Below, in pieces: positions 28,201 to 43,400 of a DNA stretch of 64,000 bases. The DNA comes from Auanema rhodensis. Taxonomy: Eukaryota > Animalia > Nematoda. Below the pieces are notes generated by a model, which worked only from the letters and a program-made list of their open reading frames with translations, was not told the DNA's origin and ran no database searches. Positions within the stretch are counted from its first letter, which is position 1. Every line of letters starts with the position of its first letter. The position numbers and the translations under genes were made by a program. The stretch is from assembly GCA_964057225.1 (NCBI GenBank), contig OZ059894.1, positions 372,001 through 436,000 of the forward strand. Reading direction: 5' to 3'.

Positions 28201-31200
28201 CGTAAATTTCAAAGTCATGGTTACCATGCACCAATATCAATAAAATATTGTTTTTAGACTAATATGGACATGGGGAATCTAATTTTGAAAACTGCATCTC
28301 TTTATCTTTCACGTGAAGCGAGTTACATACCAAGTGCACATCATGTGTACATTTAATTAGCATAAATTAAAGTTCACGTTATTTTCAAAGACATGGTTAC
28401 CATGAACCAATATCAATAAAAATTTGTTTTTAGACTAATATGGACATGGGGAATCTAATTTTGAAAACCGCATCTCTTCATCTTTCACGTGAAGCGAGTT
28501 ACATACCAAGTGCACATCACGTGTACATTTAATTAGCATAAATTAATGTTCACGTAAATTTCAAAGTCATGGTTACCATGAACCAATATCAATAAAAATT
28601 TGTTTTTAGACTAATATGGACATGGGGAATCTAATTTTGAAAACCGCATCTCTTTATCTTTCACGTGAAGCGAGTTACACACCAAGTGCACATCACGTGT
28701 ACATTTAATTAGCATAAATTAAAGTTCACGTAAATTTCAAAGTCATGGTTACCATGAACCAATATCAATAAAAATTTGTTTTTAGACTAATATCAACATG
28801 GGGAATCTAATTTTGAAAACCGCATCTCTTTATCTTTCACGTGAAACGAGTTACATACCAAGTGCACATCACGTGTACATTTAATTAGCATAAATTAAAG
28901 TTCACGTAAATTTCAAAGTCATGGTTACCATGCACCAATATCAATAAAATATTGTTTTTAGACTAATATGGACATGGGAAATCTAGTTTTGAAAACCGCA
29001 TCTCTTTATCTTTCACGTGAAGCGAGTTACATACCAAGTGCACATCACGTGTACATTTAATTAGCATAAATTAAAGTTCACGTAAATTTCAAAGTCATGG
29101 TTACCATGCACCAATATAAATAAAAATTTGTATTTAGACTAATATGGACATGGGGAATCTAATTTTGAAAACCGCATCTCTTTATCTTTCACGTGAAGCG
29201 AGTTACATACCAAGCGCACATCACGTGTACATTTAATTAGCATAAATTAAAGTTCACGTAAATTTCAAAGTCATGGTTACCATGAACCAATATCAATAAA
29301 AATTTGTTTTTAGACTAATATGGACATGGGGAATCTAATTTTGAAAACCGCATCTCTTTATCTTTCACGTGAAGCGAGTTACATACCAAGTGCACATCAC
29401 GTGTACATTTAATTAGCATAAATTAAAGTTCACGTAAATTTCAAAATCATGGTTATCATGAATTAATATCAATAAAAATTTGTTTTTGGACTAATATGGA
29501 CATGGGGATTCTAATTTTGAAAACCGCATCTCTTTATCTATCACGTGAAGCGAGTTACATACCAAGTGCACATCACGTGTACATTTAATTAGCATAAATT
29601 AAAGTTCACGTAAATTTCAAAGTCATGGTTACCATGAACCAATATCAATAAAAATTTGTTTTTAGACTAATATGGACATGGGGAATCTAATTTTGAAAAC
29701 CGCATCTCTTTATCTTTCACGTGAAGCGAGTTACATACCAAATGCACATCACGTGTACATTTAATTAGCATAAATTAAAGTTCACGTTAATTTCAAAGTC
29801 ATGGTTACCATGAACCAATATCAATAAAAATTTGTTTTTAGACTAATATGGACATGGGGAATCTAATTTTGAAAACCGCATCTCTTTATCTTTCACGTGA
29901 AGCGAGTTACATACCAAGTGCACATCACGTGTACATTTAATTAGCATAAATTAAAGTTCACGTAAATTTCAAAGTCATGGTTACCATGCACCAATATCAA
30001 TAAAATATTGTTTTTAGACTAATATGGACATGGGGAATCTAATTTTGAAAACTGCATCTCTTTATCTTTCACGTGAAGCGAGTTACATACCAAGTGCACA
30101 TCACGTGTACATTTAATTAGCATAAATTAAAGTTCACGTTATTTTCAAAGACATGGTTACCATGAACCAATATCAATAAAAATTTGTTTTTAGACTAATA
30201 TGGACATGGGGAATCTAATTTTGAAAACCGCATCTCTTCATCTTTCACGTGAAGCGAGTTACATACCAAGTGCACATCACGTGTACATTTAATTAGCATA
30301 AATTAATGTTCACGTAAATTTCAAAGTCATGGTTACCATGAACCAATATCAATAAAAATTTGTTTTTAGACTAATATGGACATGGGGAATCTAATTTTGA
30401 AAACCGCATCTCTTTATCTTTCACGTGAAGCGAGTTACATACCAAGTGCACATCACGTGTACATTTAATTAGCATAAATTAAAGTTCACGTAAATTTCAA
30501 AGTCATGGTTACCATGAACCAATATCAATAAAAATTTGTTTTTAGACTAATATCGACATGGGGAATCTAATTTTGAAAACCGCATCTCTTTATCTTTCAC
30601 GTGAAACGAGTTACATACCAAGTGCACATCACGTGTACATTTAATTAGCATAAATTAAAGTTCACGTAAATTTCAAAGTCATGGTTACCATGCACCAATA
30701 TCAATAAAATATTGTTTTTAGACTAATATGGACATGGGGAATCTAATTTTGAAAACTGCATCTCTTTATCTTTCACGTGAAGCGAGTTACATACCAAGTG
30801 CACATCACGTGTACATTTAATTAGCATAAATTAAAGTTCACGTTATTTTCAAAGACATGGTTACCATGAACCAATATCAATAAAAATTTGTTTTTAGACT
30901 AATATGGACATGGGGAATCTAATTTTGAAAACCGCATCTCTTCATCTTTCACGTGAAGCGAGTTACATACCAAGTGCACATCACGTGTACATTTAATTAG
31001 CATAAATTAAAGTTCACGTAAATTTCAAAGTCATGGTTACCATGAACCAATATCAATAAAAATTTGTTTTTAGACTAATATCGACATGGGGAATCTAATT
31101 TTGAAAACCGCATCTCTTTATCTTTCACGTGAAACGAGTTACATACCAAGTGCACATCACGTGTACATTTAATTAGCATAAATTAAAGTTCACGTAAATT

Positions 31201-34200
31201 TCAAAGTCATGGTTACCATGCACCAATATCAATAAAATATTGTTTTTAGACTAATATGGACATGGGGAATCTAATTTTGAAAACTGCATCTCTTTATCTT
31301 TCACGTGAAGCGAGTTACATACCAAGTGCACATCATGTGTACATTTAATTAGCATAAATTAAAGTTCACGTTATTTTCAAAGACATGGTTACCATGAACC
31401 AATATCAATAAAAATTTGTTTTTAGACTAATATGGACATGGGGAATCTAATTTTGAAAACCGCATCTCTTCATCTTTCACGTGAAGCGAGTTACATACCA
31501 AGTGCACATCACGTGTACATTTAATTAGCATAAATTAATGTTCACGTAAATTTCAAAGTCATGGTTACCATGAACCAATATCAATAAAAATTTGTTTTTA
31601 GACTAATATGGACATGGGGAATCTAATTTTGAAAACCGCATCTCTTTATCTTTCACGTGAAGCGAGTTACACACCAAGTGCACATCACGTGTACATTTAA
31701 TTAGCATAAATTAAAGTTCACGTAAATTTCAAAGTCATGGTTACCATGAACCAATATCAATAAAAATTTGTTTTTAGACTAATATCGACATGGGGAATCT
31801 AATTTTGAAAACCGCATCTCTTTATCTTTCACGTGAAACGAGTTACATACCAAGTGCACATCACGTGTACATTTAATTAGCATAAATTAAAGTTCACGTA
31901 AATTTCAAAGTCATGGTTACCATGCACCAATATCAATAAAATATTGTTTTTAGACTAATATGGACATGGGGAATCTAATTTTGAAAACTGCATCTCTTTA
32001 TCTTTCACGTGAAGCGAGTTACATACCAAGTGCACATCACGTGTACATTTAATTAGCATAAATTAAAGTTCACGTTATTTTCAAAGACATGGTTACCATG
32101 AACCAATATCAATAAAAATTTGTTTTTAGACTAATATGGACATGGGGAATCTAATTTTGAAAACCGCATCTCTTCATCTTTCACGTGAAGCGAGTTACAT
32201 ACCAAGTGCACATCACGTGTACATTTAATTAGCATAAATTAAAGTTCACGTAAATTTCAAAGTCATGGTTACCATGAACCAATATCAATAAAAATTTGTT
32301 TTTAGACTAATATGGACATGGGGAATCTAGTTTTGAAAACCGCATCTCTTTATCTTTCACGTGAAGCGAGTTACATACCAAGTGCACATCACGTGTACAT
32401 TTAATTAGCATAAATTAAAGTTCACGTAAATTTCAAAGTCATGGTTACCATGCACCAATATAAATAAAAATTTGTTTTTAGACTAATATGGTCATGGGGA
32501 ATCTAATTTTGAAAACCGCATCTCTTTATCTTTCACGTGAAGCGAGTTACATACCAAGTGCACATCACGTGTACATTCAATTAGCATAAATTAAAGTTCA
32601 CGTAAATTTCAAAATCATGGTTATCATGAATTAATATCAATAAAAATTTGTTTTTGGACTAATATGGACATGGGGATTCTAGTTTTGAAAACCGCATCTC
32701 TTTATCTTTCACGTGAAGCGAGTTACATACCAAGTGCACATCACGTGTACATTTAATTAGCATAAATTAAAGTTCACGTAAATTTCAAAGTCATGGTTAT
32801 CATGAATTAATATCAATAAAAATTTGTTTTTGGACTAATATGGACATGGGGATTCTAGTTTTGAAAACCGCATCTCTTTATCTTTCACGTGAAGCGAGTT
32901 ACATACCAAGTGCACATCACGTGTACATTTAATTAGCATAAATTAAAGTTCACGTAAATTTCAAAGTCATGGTTATCATGAATTAATATCAATAAAAATT
33001 TGTTTTTGGACTAATATGGACATGGGGATTCTAGTTTTGAAAACCGCATCTCTTTATCTTTCACGTGAAGCGAGTTACATACCAAGTGCACATCACGTGT
33101 ACATTTAATTAGCATAAATTAAAGTTCACGTAAATTTCAAAATCATGGTTATCATGAATTAATATCAATAAAAATTTGTTTTTGGACTAATATGGACATG
33201 GGGATTCTAGTTTTGAAAACCGCATCTCTTTATCTTTCACGTGAAGCGAGTTACATACCAAATGCACATCACGTGTACATTCAATTAGCATAAATTAAAG
33301 TTCACGTAAATTTCAAAATCATGGTTATCATGAATTAATATCAATAAAAATTTGTTTTTGGACTAATATGGACATGGGGATTCTAGTTTTGAAAACCGCA
33401 TCTCTTTATCTTTCACGTGAAGCGAGTTACATACCAAGTGCACATCACGTGTACATTTAATTAGCATAAATTAAAGTTCACGTAAATTTCAAAGTCATGG
33501 TTACCATGCACCAATATAAATAAAAATTTGTTTTTAGACTAATATGGACATGGGGAATCTAATTTTGAAAACCGCATCTCTTTATCTTTCACGTGAAGCG
33601 AGTTACATACCAAGTGCACATCACGTGTACATTCAATTAGCATAAATTAAAGTTCACGTAAATTTCAAAATCATGGTTATTATGAATTAATATCAATAAA
33701 AATTTGTTTTTGGACTAATATGGACATGGGGATTCTAATTTTGAAAACCGCATCTCTTTATCTTTCACGTGAAGCGAGTTACATACCAAGTGCACATCAC
33801 GTGTACATTTAATTAGCATAAATTAAAGTTCACGTAATTTTCAAAGACATGGTTACCATGAACCAATATCAATAAAAATTTGTTTTTAGACTAATATGGA
33901 CATGGGGAATATAATTTTGAAAACCGCATCTCTTTATCTTTCACGTGAAGCGAGTTACATACCAAGTGCACATCACGTGTACATTTAATTAGCATAAATT
34001 AAAGTTCACGTAAATTTCAAAGTCATGGTTACCATGCACCAATATCAATAAAAATTTGTTTTTAGACTAATATGGACATGGGGAATCTAATTTTGAAAAC
34101 CGCATCTCTTTATCTTTCACGTGAAGCGAGTTACATACCAAGTGCACATCACGTGTACATTTAATTAGCATAAATTAAAGTTCACGTAAATTTCAAAGTC

Positions 34201-35066
34201 ATGGTTACCATGAACCAATATCAATAAAATATTGTTTTTAGACTAATATGGACATGGGGAATCTAATTTCGAAAACCGCATCTCTTTATCTTTCACGTGA
34301 AGCGAGTTACATACCAAGTGCACATCACGTGTACATTTAATTAGCATAAATTAAAGTTCACGTAAATTTCAAAGTCATGGTTACCATGAACCAATTTCAA
34401 TAAAAATTTGTTTTTAGACTAATATGGACATGGGGAATCTAATTTTGAAAACCGCATCTCTTTATCTTTCACGTGAAGCGAGTTACATACCAAGTGCACA
34501 TCTCGTGTACATTTAATTAGCATAAATTAAAGTTCACGTAAATTTCAAAGTCATGGTTACCATGCACCAATATCAATAAAAATTTGTTTTTAGACTAATA
34601 TGGACATGGGGAATCTAATTTTGAAAACCGCATCTCTTTATCTTTCACGTGAAGCGAGTTACATACCAAGTGCACATCACGTGTACATTTAATTAGCATA
34701 AATTAAAGTTCACGTAATTTTCAAAGACATGGTTACCATGAACCAATATCACTAAAAGTTTGTTTTTAGACTAATATGGACATGGGGAATCTAATTTTGA
34801 AAACCGCATCTCTTTATCTTTCACGTGAAGCGAGTTACATACCAAGTGCACATCACGTGTACATTTAATTAGCATAAATTAAAGTTCACGTAATTTTCAA
34901 AGACATGGTTACCATGAACCAATATCAATAAAAATTTGTTTTTAGACTAATATGGACATGGGGAATCTAATTTTAAAAACCGCATCTCTTTATCTTTCAC
35001 GTGAAGCGAGTTACATACCAAGTGCACATCACGTGTACATTTAATTAGCATAAATTAAAGTTCACG
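21090..35066 (+). repeat. Copy 2 of the ~13.8-kb higher-order block duplication (one extra monomer near 24630-24900)
   Basis: Same marker series as copy 1. The offset steps from 20060 to 20236 (+176) across ~24600-24900. Confidence 0.9.
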
Positions 35067-37499
35067 TAAATTTCAAAGACATGGTTACCATTAACCAATA
35101 TCAATAAAAATTTGTTTTTAGACTAATATGGACATGGGGAATCTAATTTTGAAAACCGCATCTCTTTATCTTTCACGTGAAGCGAGTTACATACCAAGTG
35201 CACATCACGTGTACATTTAATTAGCATAAATTAAAGTTCACGTAAATTTCAAAGTCATGGTTACCATGCACCAATATCAATAAAAATTTGTTTTTAGACT
35301 AATATGGACATGGGGAATCTAATTTTGAAAACCGCATCTCTTTATCTTTCACGTGAAGCGAGTTACATACCAAGTGCACATCACGTGTACATTTAATTAG
35401 CATAAATTAAAGTTCACGTAATTTTCAAAGACATGGTTACCATGAACCAATATCAATAAAAGTTTGTTTTTAGACTAATATGGACATGGGGAATCTAATT
35501 TTGAAAACCGCATCTCTTTATCTTTCACGTGAAGCGAGTTACATACCAAGTGCACATCACGTGTACATTTAATTAGCATAAATTAAAGTTCACGTAAATT
35601 TCAAAGTCATGGTTACCATGCACCAATATCAATAAAAATTTGTTTTTAGACTAATATGTACATGGGGAATCTAATTTTGAAAACCGCATCTCTTTATCTT
35701 TCACGTGAAGCGAGTTACATACCAAGTGCACATCACGTGTACATTTAATTAGCATAAATTAAAGTTCACGTAATTTTCAAAGACATGGTTACCATGAACC
35801 AATATCAATAAAAATTTGTTTTTAGACTAATATGGACATGGGGAATCTAATTTTAAAAACCGCATCTCTTTATCTTTCACGTGAAGCGAGTTACATACCA
35901 AGTGCACATCACGTGTACATTTAATTAGCATAAATTAAAGTTCACGTAAATTTCAAAGACATGGTTACCATTAACCAATATCAATAAAAATTTGTTTTTA
36001 GACTAATATGGACATGGGGAATCTAATTTTGAAAACCGCATCTCTTTATCTTTCACGTGAAGCGAGTTACATACCAAGTGCACATCACGTGTACATTTAA
36101 TTAGCATAAATTAAAGTTCACGTCAATTTCAAAGTCATGGTTACCATGCACCAATATCAATAAAAATTTGTTTTTAGACTAATATGGACATGGGGAATCT
36201 AATTTTGAAAACCGCATCTCTTTATCTTTCACGTGAAGCGAGTTACATACCAAGTGCACATCACGTGTACATTTAATTAGCATAAATTAAAGTTCACGTA
36301 AATTTCAAAGTCATGGTTACCATGAACCAATATCAATAAAAATTTGTTTTTAGACTAATATGGACATGGGGAATCTAATTTTGAAAACCGCATCTCTTTA
36401 TCTTTCACGTGAAGCGAGTTACATACCAAGTGCACATCACGTGTACATTTAATTAGCATAAATTAAAGTTCACGTAAATTTCAAAGTCATGGTTACCATG
36501 CACCAATATCAATAAAAATTTGTTTTTAGACTAATATGGACATGGGGAATCTAATTTTGAAAACCGCATCTCTTTATCTTTCACGTGAAGCGAGTTACAT
36601 ACCAAGTGCACATCACGTGTACATTTAATTAGCATAAATTAAAGTTCACGTCAATTTCAAAGTCATGGTTACCATGCACCAATATCAATAAAAATTTGTT
36701 TTTAGACTAATATGGACATGGGGAATCTAATTTTGAAAACCGCATCTCTTTATCTTTCACGTGAAGCGAGTTACATACCAAGTGCACATCACGTGTACAT
36801 TTAATTAGCATAAATTAAAGTTCACGTAAATTTCAAAGTCATGGTTACCATGAACCAATATCAATAAAAATTTGTTTTTAGACTAATATGGACATGGGGA
36901 ATCTAATTTTGAAAACCGCATCTCTTTATCTTTCACGTGAAGCGAGTTACATACCAAGTGCACATCACGTGTACATTTAATTAGCATAAATTAAAGTTCA
37001 CGTAAATTTCAAAGTCATGGTTACCATGCACCAATATCAATAAAAATTTGTTTTTAGACTAATATGGACATGGGGAATCTAATTTTGAAAACCGCATCTC
37101 TTTATCTTTCACGTGAAGCGAGTTACATACCAAGTGCACATCACGTGTACATTTAATTAGCATAAATTAAAGTTCACGTAATTTTCAAAGACATGGTTAC
37201 CATGCACCAATATCGATAAAAATTTGTTTTTAGACTAATATGGACATGGGGAATCTAATTTTGAAAACCGCATCTCTTTATCTTTCACGTGAAGCGAGTT
37301 ACATACCAAGTGCACATCACGTGTACATTTAATTAGCATAAATTAAAGTTCACGTAAATTTCAAAGTCATGGTTACCATGAAGCAATATCAATAAAAATT
37401 TGTTTTTAGACTAATATGGACATGGGGAATCTAATTTTGAAAACCGCATCTCTTTATCTTTCACGTGAAGCGAGTTACATACCAAGTGCACATCACGTG

Positions 37500-39650
37500 T
37501 ACATTTAATTAGCATAAATTAAAGTTCACGTAAATTTCAAAGTCATGGTTACCATGAACCAATATCAATAAAAATTTGTTTTTAGACTAATATGGACATG
37601 GGGAATCTAATTTTGAAAACCGCATCTCTTTATCTTTCACGTGAAGCGAGTTACATACCAAGTGCACATCACGTGTACATTTAATTAGCATAAATTAAAG
37701 TTCACGTAAATTTCAAAGTCATGGTTACCATGCACCAATATCAATAAAAATTTGTTTTTAGACTAATATGGACATGGGGAATCTAATTTTAAAAACCGCA
37801 TCTCTTTATCTTTTACGTGAAGCGAGTTACATACCAAGTGCACATCACGTGTACATTTAATTAGCATAAATTAAAGTTCACGTAATTTTCAAAGTCATGG
37901 TTACCATGCACCAATATCAATAAAAATTTGTTTTTAGATTAATATGGACATGGGGAATCTAATTTTGAAAACCGCATCTCTTTATCTTTCACGTGAAGCG
38001 AGCTACATACCAAGTGCACATCACGTGTACATTTAATTAGCATAAATTAAAGTTCACGTAAATTTCAAAGTCATGGTTACCATGAACCAATATCAATCAA
38101 AATTTGTTTTTAGACTAATATGGACATGGGGAATCTAATTTTGAAAACCGCATCTCTTTATCTTTCACGTGAAGCGAGCTACATACCAAGTGCACATCAC
38201 GTGTACATTTAATTAGCATAAATTAAAGTTCACGTAAATTTCAAAGTCATGGTTACCATGAACCAATATCAATCAAAATTTGTTTTTAGACTAATATGGA
38301 CATGGGGAATCTAATTTTGAAAACCGCATCTCTTTATCTTTCACGTGAAGCGAGTTACATACCAAGTGCACATCACGTGTACATTTAATTAGCATAAATT
38401 AAAGTTCACGTAAATTTCAAAGTCATGGTTACCATGCACCAATATCGATAAAAATTTGTTTTTAGACTAATATGGACATGGGGAATCTAATTTTGAAAAC
38501 CGCATCTCTTTATCTTTCACGTGAAGCGAGTTACATACCAAGTGCACATCACGTGTACATTTAATTAGCATAAATTAAAAATCACGTAAATTTCAAAGTC
38601 ATGGTTACCATGCACCAATATCAATAAAAATTTGTTTTTAGACTAATATGGACATGGGGAATCTAATTTTGAAAACCGCATCTCTTTATCTTTCACGTGA
38701 AGCGAGTTACATACCAAGTGCACATCACGTGTACATTTAATTAGCATAAATTAAAGTTCACGTAAATTTCAAAGTCATGGTTACCATGAACCAATATCAA
38801 TAAAAATTTGTTTTTAGACTAATATGGACATGGGGAATCTAATTTTGAAAACCGCATCTCTTTATCTTTCACGTGAAGCGAGTTACATACCAAGTGCACA
38901 TCACGTGTACATTTAATTAGCATAAATTAAAGTTCACGTAAATTTCAAAGTCATGGTTACCATGCACCAATATCAATAAAAATTTGTTTTTAGACTAATA
39001 TGGACATGGGGAATCTAATTTTAAAAACCGCATCTCTTTATCTTTTACGTGAAGCGAGTTACATACCAAGTGCACATCACGTGTACATTTAATTAGCATA
39101 AATTAAAGTTCACGTAATTTTCAAAGTCATGGTTACCATGCACCAATATCAATAAAAATTTGTTTTTAGATTAATATGGACATGGGGAATCTAATTTTGA
39201 AAACCGCATCTCTTTATCTTTCACGTGAAGCGAGCTACATACCAAGTGCACATCACGTGTACATTTAATTAGCATAAATTAAAGTTCACGTAAATTTCAA
39301 AGTCATGGTTACCATGAACCAATATCAATCAAAATTTGTTTTTAGACTAATATGGACATGGGGAATCTAATTTTGAAAACCGCATCTCTTTATCTTTCAC
39401 GTGAAGCGAGCTACATACCAAGTGCACATCACGTGTACATTTAATTAGCATAAATTAAAGTTCACGTAAATTTCAAAGTCATGGTTACCATGAACCAATA
39501 TCAATCAAAATTTGTTTTTAGACTAATATGGACATGGGGAATCTAATTTTGAAAACCGCATCTCTTTATCTTTCACGTGAAGCGAGTTACATACCAAGTG
39601 CACATCACGTGTACATTTAATTAGCATAAATTAAAGTTCACGTAAATTTC
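37500..39650 (+). repeat. 7-mer-offset duplication (1232 bp)
   Basis: ttttacgtga 37811/39043, followed in both copies by agattaat, gagctac and aatcaaaa variants. Confidence 0.8.
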
Positions 39651-40499
39651 AAAGTCATGGTTACCATGCACCAATATCAATAAAACTTTGTTTTTAGACT
39701 AATATGGACATGGGGAATCTAATTTTGAAAACCGCATCTCTTTATCTTTCACGTGAAGCGAGTTACATACCAAGTGCACATCACGTGTACATTTAATTAG
39801 CATAAATTAAAGTTCACGTAAATTTCAAAGACATGGTTACCATTAACCAATATCAATAAAAATTTGTTTTTAGACTAATATGGACATGGGGAATCTAATT
39901 TTGAAAACCGCATCTCTTTATCTTTCACGTGAAGCGAGTTACATACCAAGTGCACATCACGTGTACATTTAATTAGCATAAATTAAAGTTCACGTAATTT
40001 TCAAAGACATGGTTACCATGAACCAATATCAATAAAAATTTGTTTTTAGACTAATATGGACATAGGGAATCTAATTTTAAAAACCGCATCTCTTTATCTT
40101 TCACGTGAAGCGAGTTACATACCAAGTGCACATCACGTGTACATTTAATTAGCATAAATTAAAGTTCACGTAAATTTCAAAGACATGGTTACCATTAACC
40201 AATATCAATAAAAATTTGTTTTTAGACTAATATGGACATGGGGAATCTAATTTTGAAAACCGCATCTCTTTATCTTTCACGTGAAGCGAGTTACATACCA
40301 AGTGCACATCACGTGTACATTTAATTAGCATAAATTAAAGTTCACGTAAATTTCAAAGTCATGGTTACCATGAACCAATATCAATAAAAATTTGTTTTTA
40401 GACTAATATCGACATGGGGAATCTAATTTTGAAAACCGCATCTCTTTATCTTTCACGTGAAGCGAGTTACATACCAAGTGCACATCACGTGTACATTTA

Positions 40500-43400
40500 A
40501 TTAGCATAAATTAAAGTTCACGTAAATTTCAAAGACATGGTTACCATTAACCAATATCAATAAAAATTTGTTTTTAGACTAATATGGACATGGGGAATCT
40601 AATTTTGAAAACCGCATCTCTTTATCTTTCACGTGAAGCGAGTTACATACCAAGTGCACATCACGTGTACATTTAATTAGCATAAATTAAAGTTCACGTA
40701 AATTTCAAAGTCATGGTTACCATGCACCAATATCAATAAAATATTGTTTTTAGACTAATATGGACATGGGGAATCTAATTTTGAAAACTGCATCTCTTTA
40801 TCTTTCACGTGAAGCGAGTTACATACCAAGTGCACATCACGTGTACATTTAATTAGCATAAATTAAAGTTCACGTTATTTTCAAAGACATGGTTACCATG
40901 AACCAATATCAATAAAAATTTGTTTTTAGACTAATATGGACATGGGGAATCTAATTTTGAAAACCGCATCTCTTCATCTTTCACGTGAAGCGAGTTACAT
41001 ACCAAGTGCACATCACGTGTACATTTAATTAGCATAAATTAATGTTCACGTAAATTTCAAAGTCATGGTTACCATGAACCAATATCAATAAAAATTTGTT
41101 TTTAGACTAATATGGACATGGGGAATCTAATTTTGAAAACCGCATCTCTTTTTCTTTCACGTGAAGCGAGTTACATACCAAGTGCACATCACGTGTACAT
41201 TTAATTAGCATAAATTAAAGTTCACGTTATTTTCAAAGACATGGTTACCATGAACCAATATCAATAAAAATTTGTTTTTAGACTAATATGGACATGGGGA
41301 ATCTAATTTTGAAAACCGCATCTCTTCATCTTTCACGTGAAGCGAGTTACATACCAAGTGCACATCACGTGTACATTTAATTAGCATAAATTAAAGTTCA
41401 CGTTATTTTCAAAGACATGGTTACCATGAACCAATATCAATAAAAATTTGTTTTTAGACTAATATGGACATGGGGAATCTAATTTTGAAAACCGCATCTA
41501 TTTATCTTTCACGTGAAGCGAGTTACATACCAAGTGCACATCACGTGTACATTTAATTAGCATAAATTAAAGTTCACGTAAATTTCAAAGTCATGGTTAC
41601 CATGAACCAATATCAATAAAAATTTGTTTTTAGACTAATATGGACATGGGGAATCTAATTTTGAAAACCGCATCTCTTTTTCTTTCACGTGAAGCGAGTT
41701 ACATACCAAGTGCACATCACGTGTACATTTAATTAGCATAAATTAAAGTTCACGTAATTTTCAAAGACATGGTTACCATGAACCAATATCAATAAAAATT
41801 TGTTTTTAGACTAATATGGACATGGGGAATCTAATTTTGAGAACCGCATCTCTTTATCTTTCAGGTGAAGCGAGTTACATACCAAGTGCACATCACGTGT
41901 ACATTTAATTAGCATAAATTAAAGTTCACGTAATTTTCAAAGTCATGGTTACCATGAACCAATATCAATAAAAATTTGTTTTTAGACTAATATGGACATG
42001 AGGAATCTAATTTTGAAAACCGCATCTCTTTATCTTTCACGTGAAGCGAGTTACATACCAAGTGCACATCACGTGTACATTTAATTAGCATAAATTAAAG
42101 TTCACGTAAATTTCAAAGTCATGGTTACCATGCACCAATATCAATAAAAATTTGTTTTTAGACTAATATGGACATGGGGAATCTAATTTTGAAAACCGCA
42201 TCTCTTTATCTTTCACGTGAAGCGAGTTACATACCAAGTGCACATCACGTGTACATTTAATTAGCATAAATTAAAGTTCACGTAAATTTCAAAGTCATGG
42301 TTACCATGCACCAATATCAATAAAAATTTGTTTTTAGACTAATATGGACATGGGGAATCTAATTTTGAAAACCGCATCTCTTTATCTTTCACGTGAAGCG
42401 AGTTACATACCAAGTGCACATCACGTGTACATTTAATTAGCATAAATTAAAGTTCACGTAAATTTCAAAGTCATGGTTACCATGCACCAATATCGATAAA
42501 AATTTGTTTTTAGACTAATATGGACATGGGGAATCTAATTTTGAAAACCGCATCTCTTTATCTTTCACGTGAAGCGAGTTACATACCAAGTGCACATCAC
42601 GTGTACATTTAATTAGCATAAATTAAAAATCACGTAAATTTCAAAGTCATGGTTACCATGCACCAATATCAATAAAAATTTGTTTTTAGACTAATATGGA
42701 CATGGGGAATCTAATTTTGAAAACCGCATCTCTTTATCTTTCACGTGAAGCGAGTTACATACCAAGTGCACATCACGTGTACATTTAATTAGCATAAATT
42801 AAAGTTCACGTTATTTTCAAAGACATGGTTACCATGAACCAATATCAATAAAAATTTGTTTTTAGACTAATATGGACATGGGGAATCTAATTTTGAAAAC
42901 CGCATCTCTTTATCTTTCACGTGAAGCAAGTTACATACCAAGTGCACATCACGTGTACATTTAATTAGCATAAATTAAAGTTCACGTAAATTTCAAAGAC
43001 ATGGTTACCATTAACCAATATCAATAAAAATTTGTTTTTAGACTAATATGGACATGGGGAATCTAATTTTGAAAACCGCATCTCTTTATCTTTCACGTGA
43101 AGCGAGTTACATACCAAGTGCACATCACGTGTACATTTAATTAGCATAAATTAAAGTTCACGTAAATTTCAAAGTCATGGTTACCATGCACCAATATCAA
43201 TAAAATATTGTTTTTAGACTAATATGGACATGGGGAATCTAATTTTGAAAACTGCATCTCTTTATCTTTCAGGTGAAGCGAGTTACATACCAAGTGCACA
43301 TCACGTGTACATTTAATTAGCATAAATTAAAGTTCACGTAATTTTCAAAGTCATGGTTACCATGAACCAATATCAATAAAAATTTGTTTTTAGACTAATA

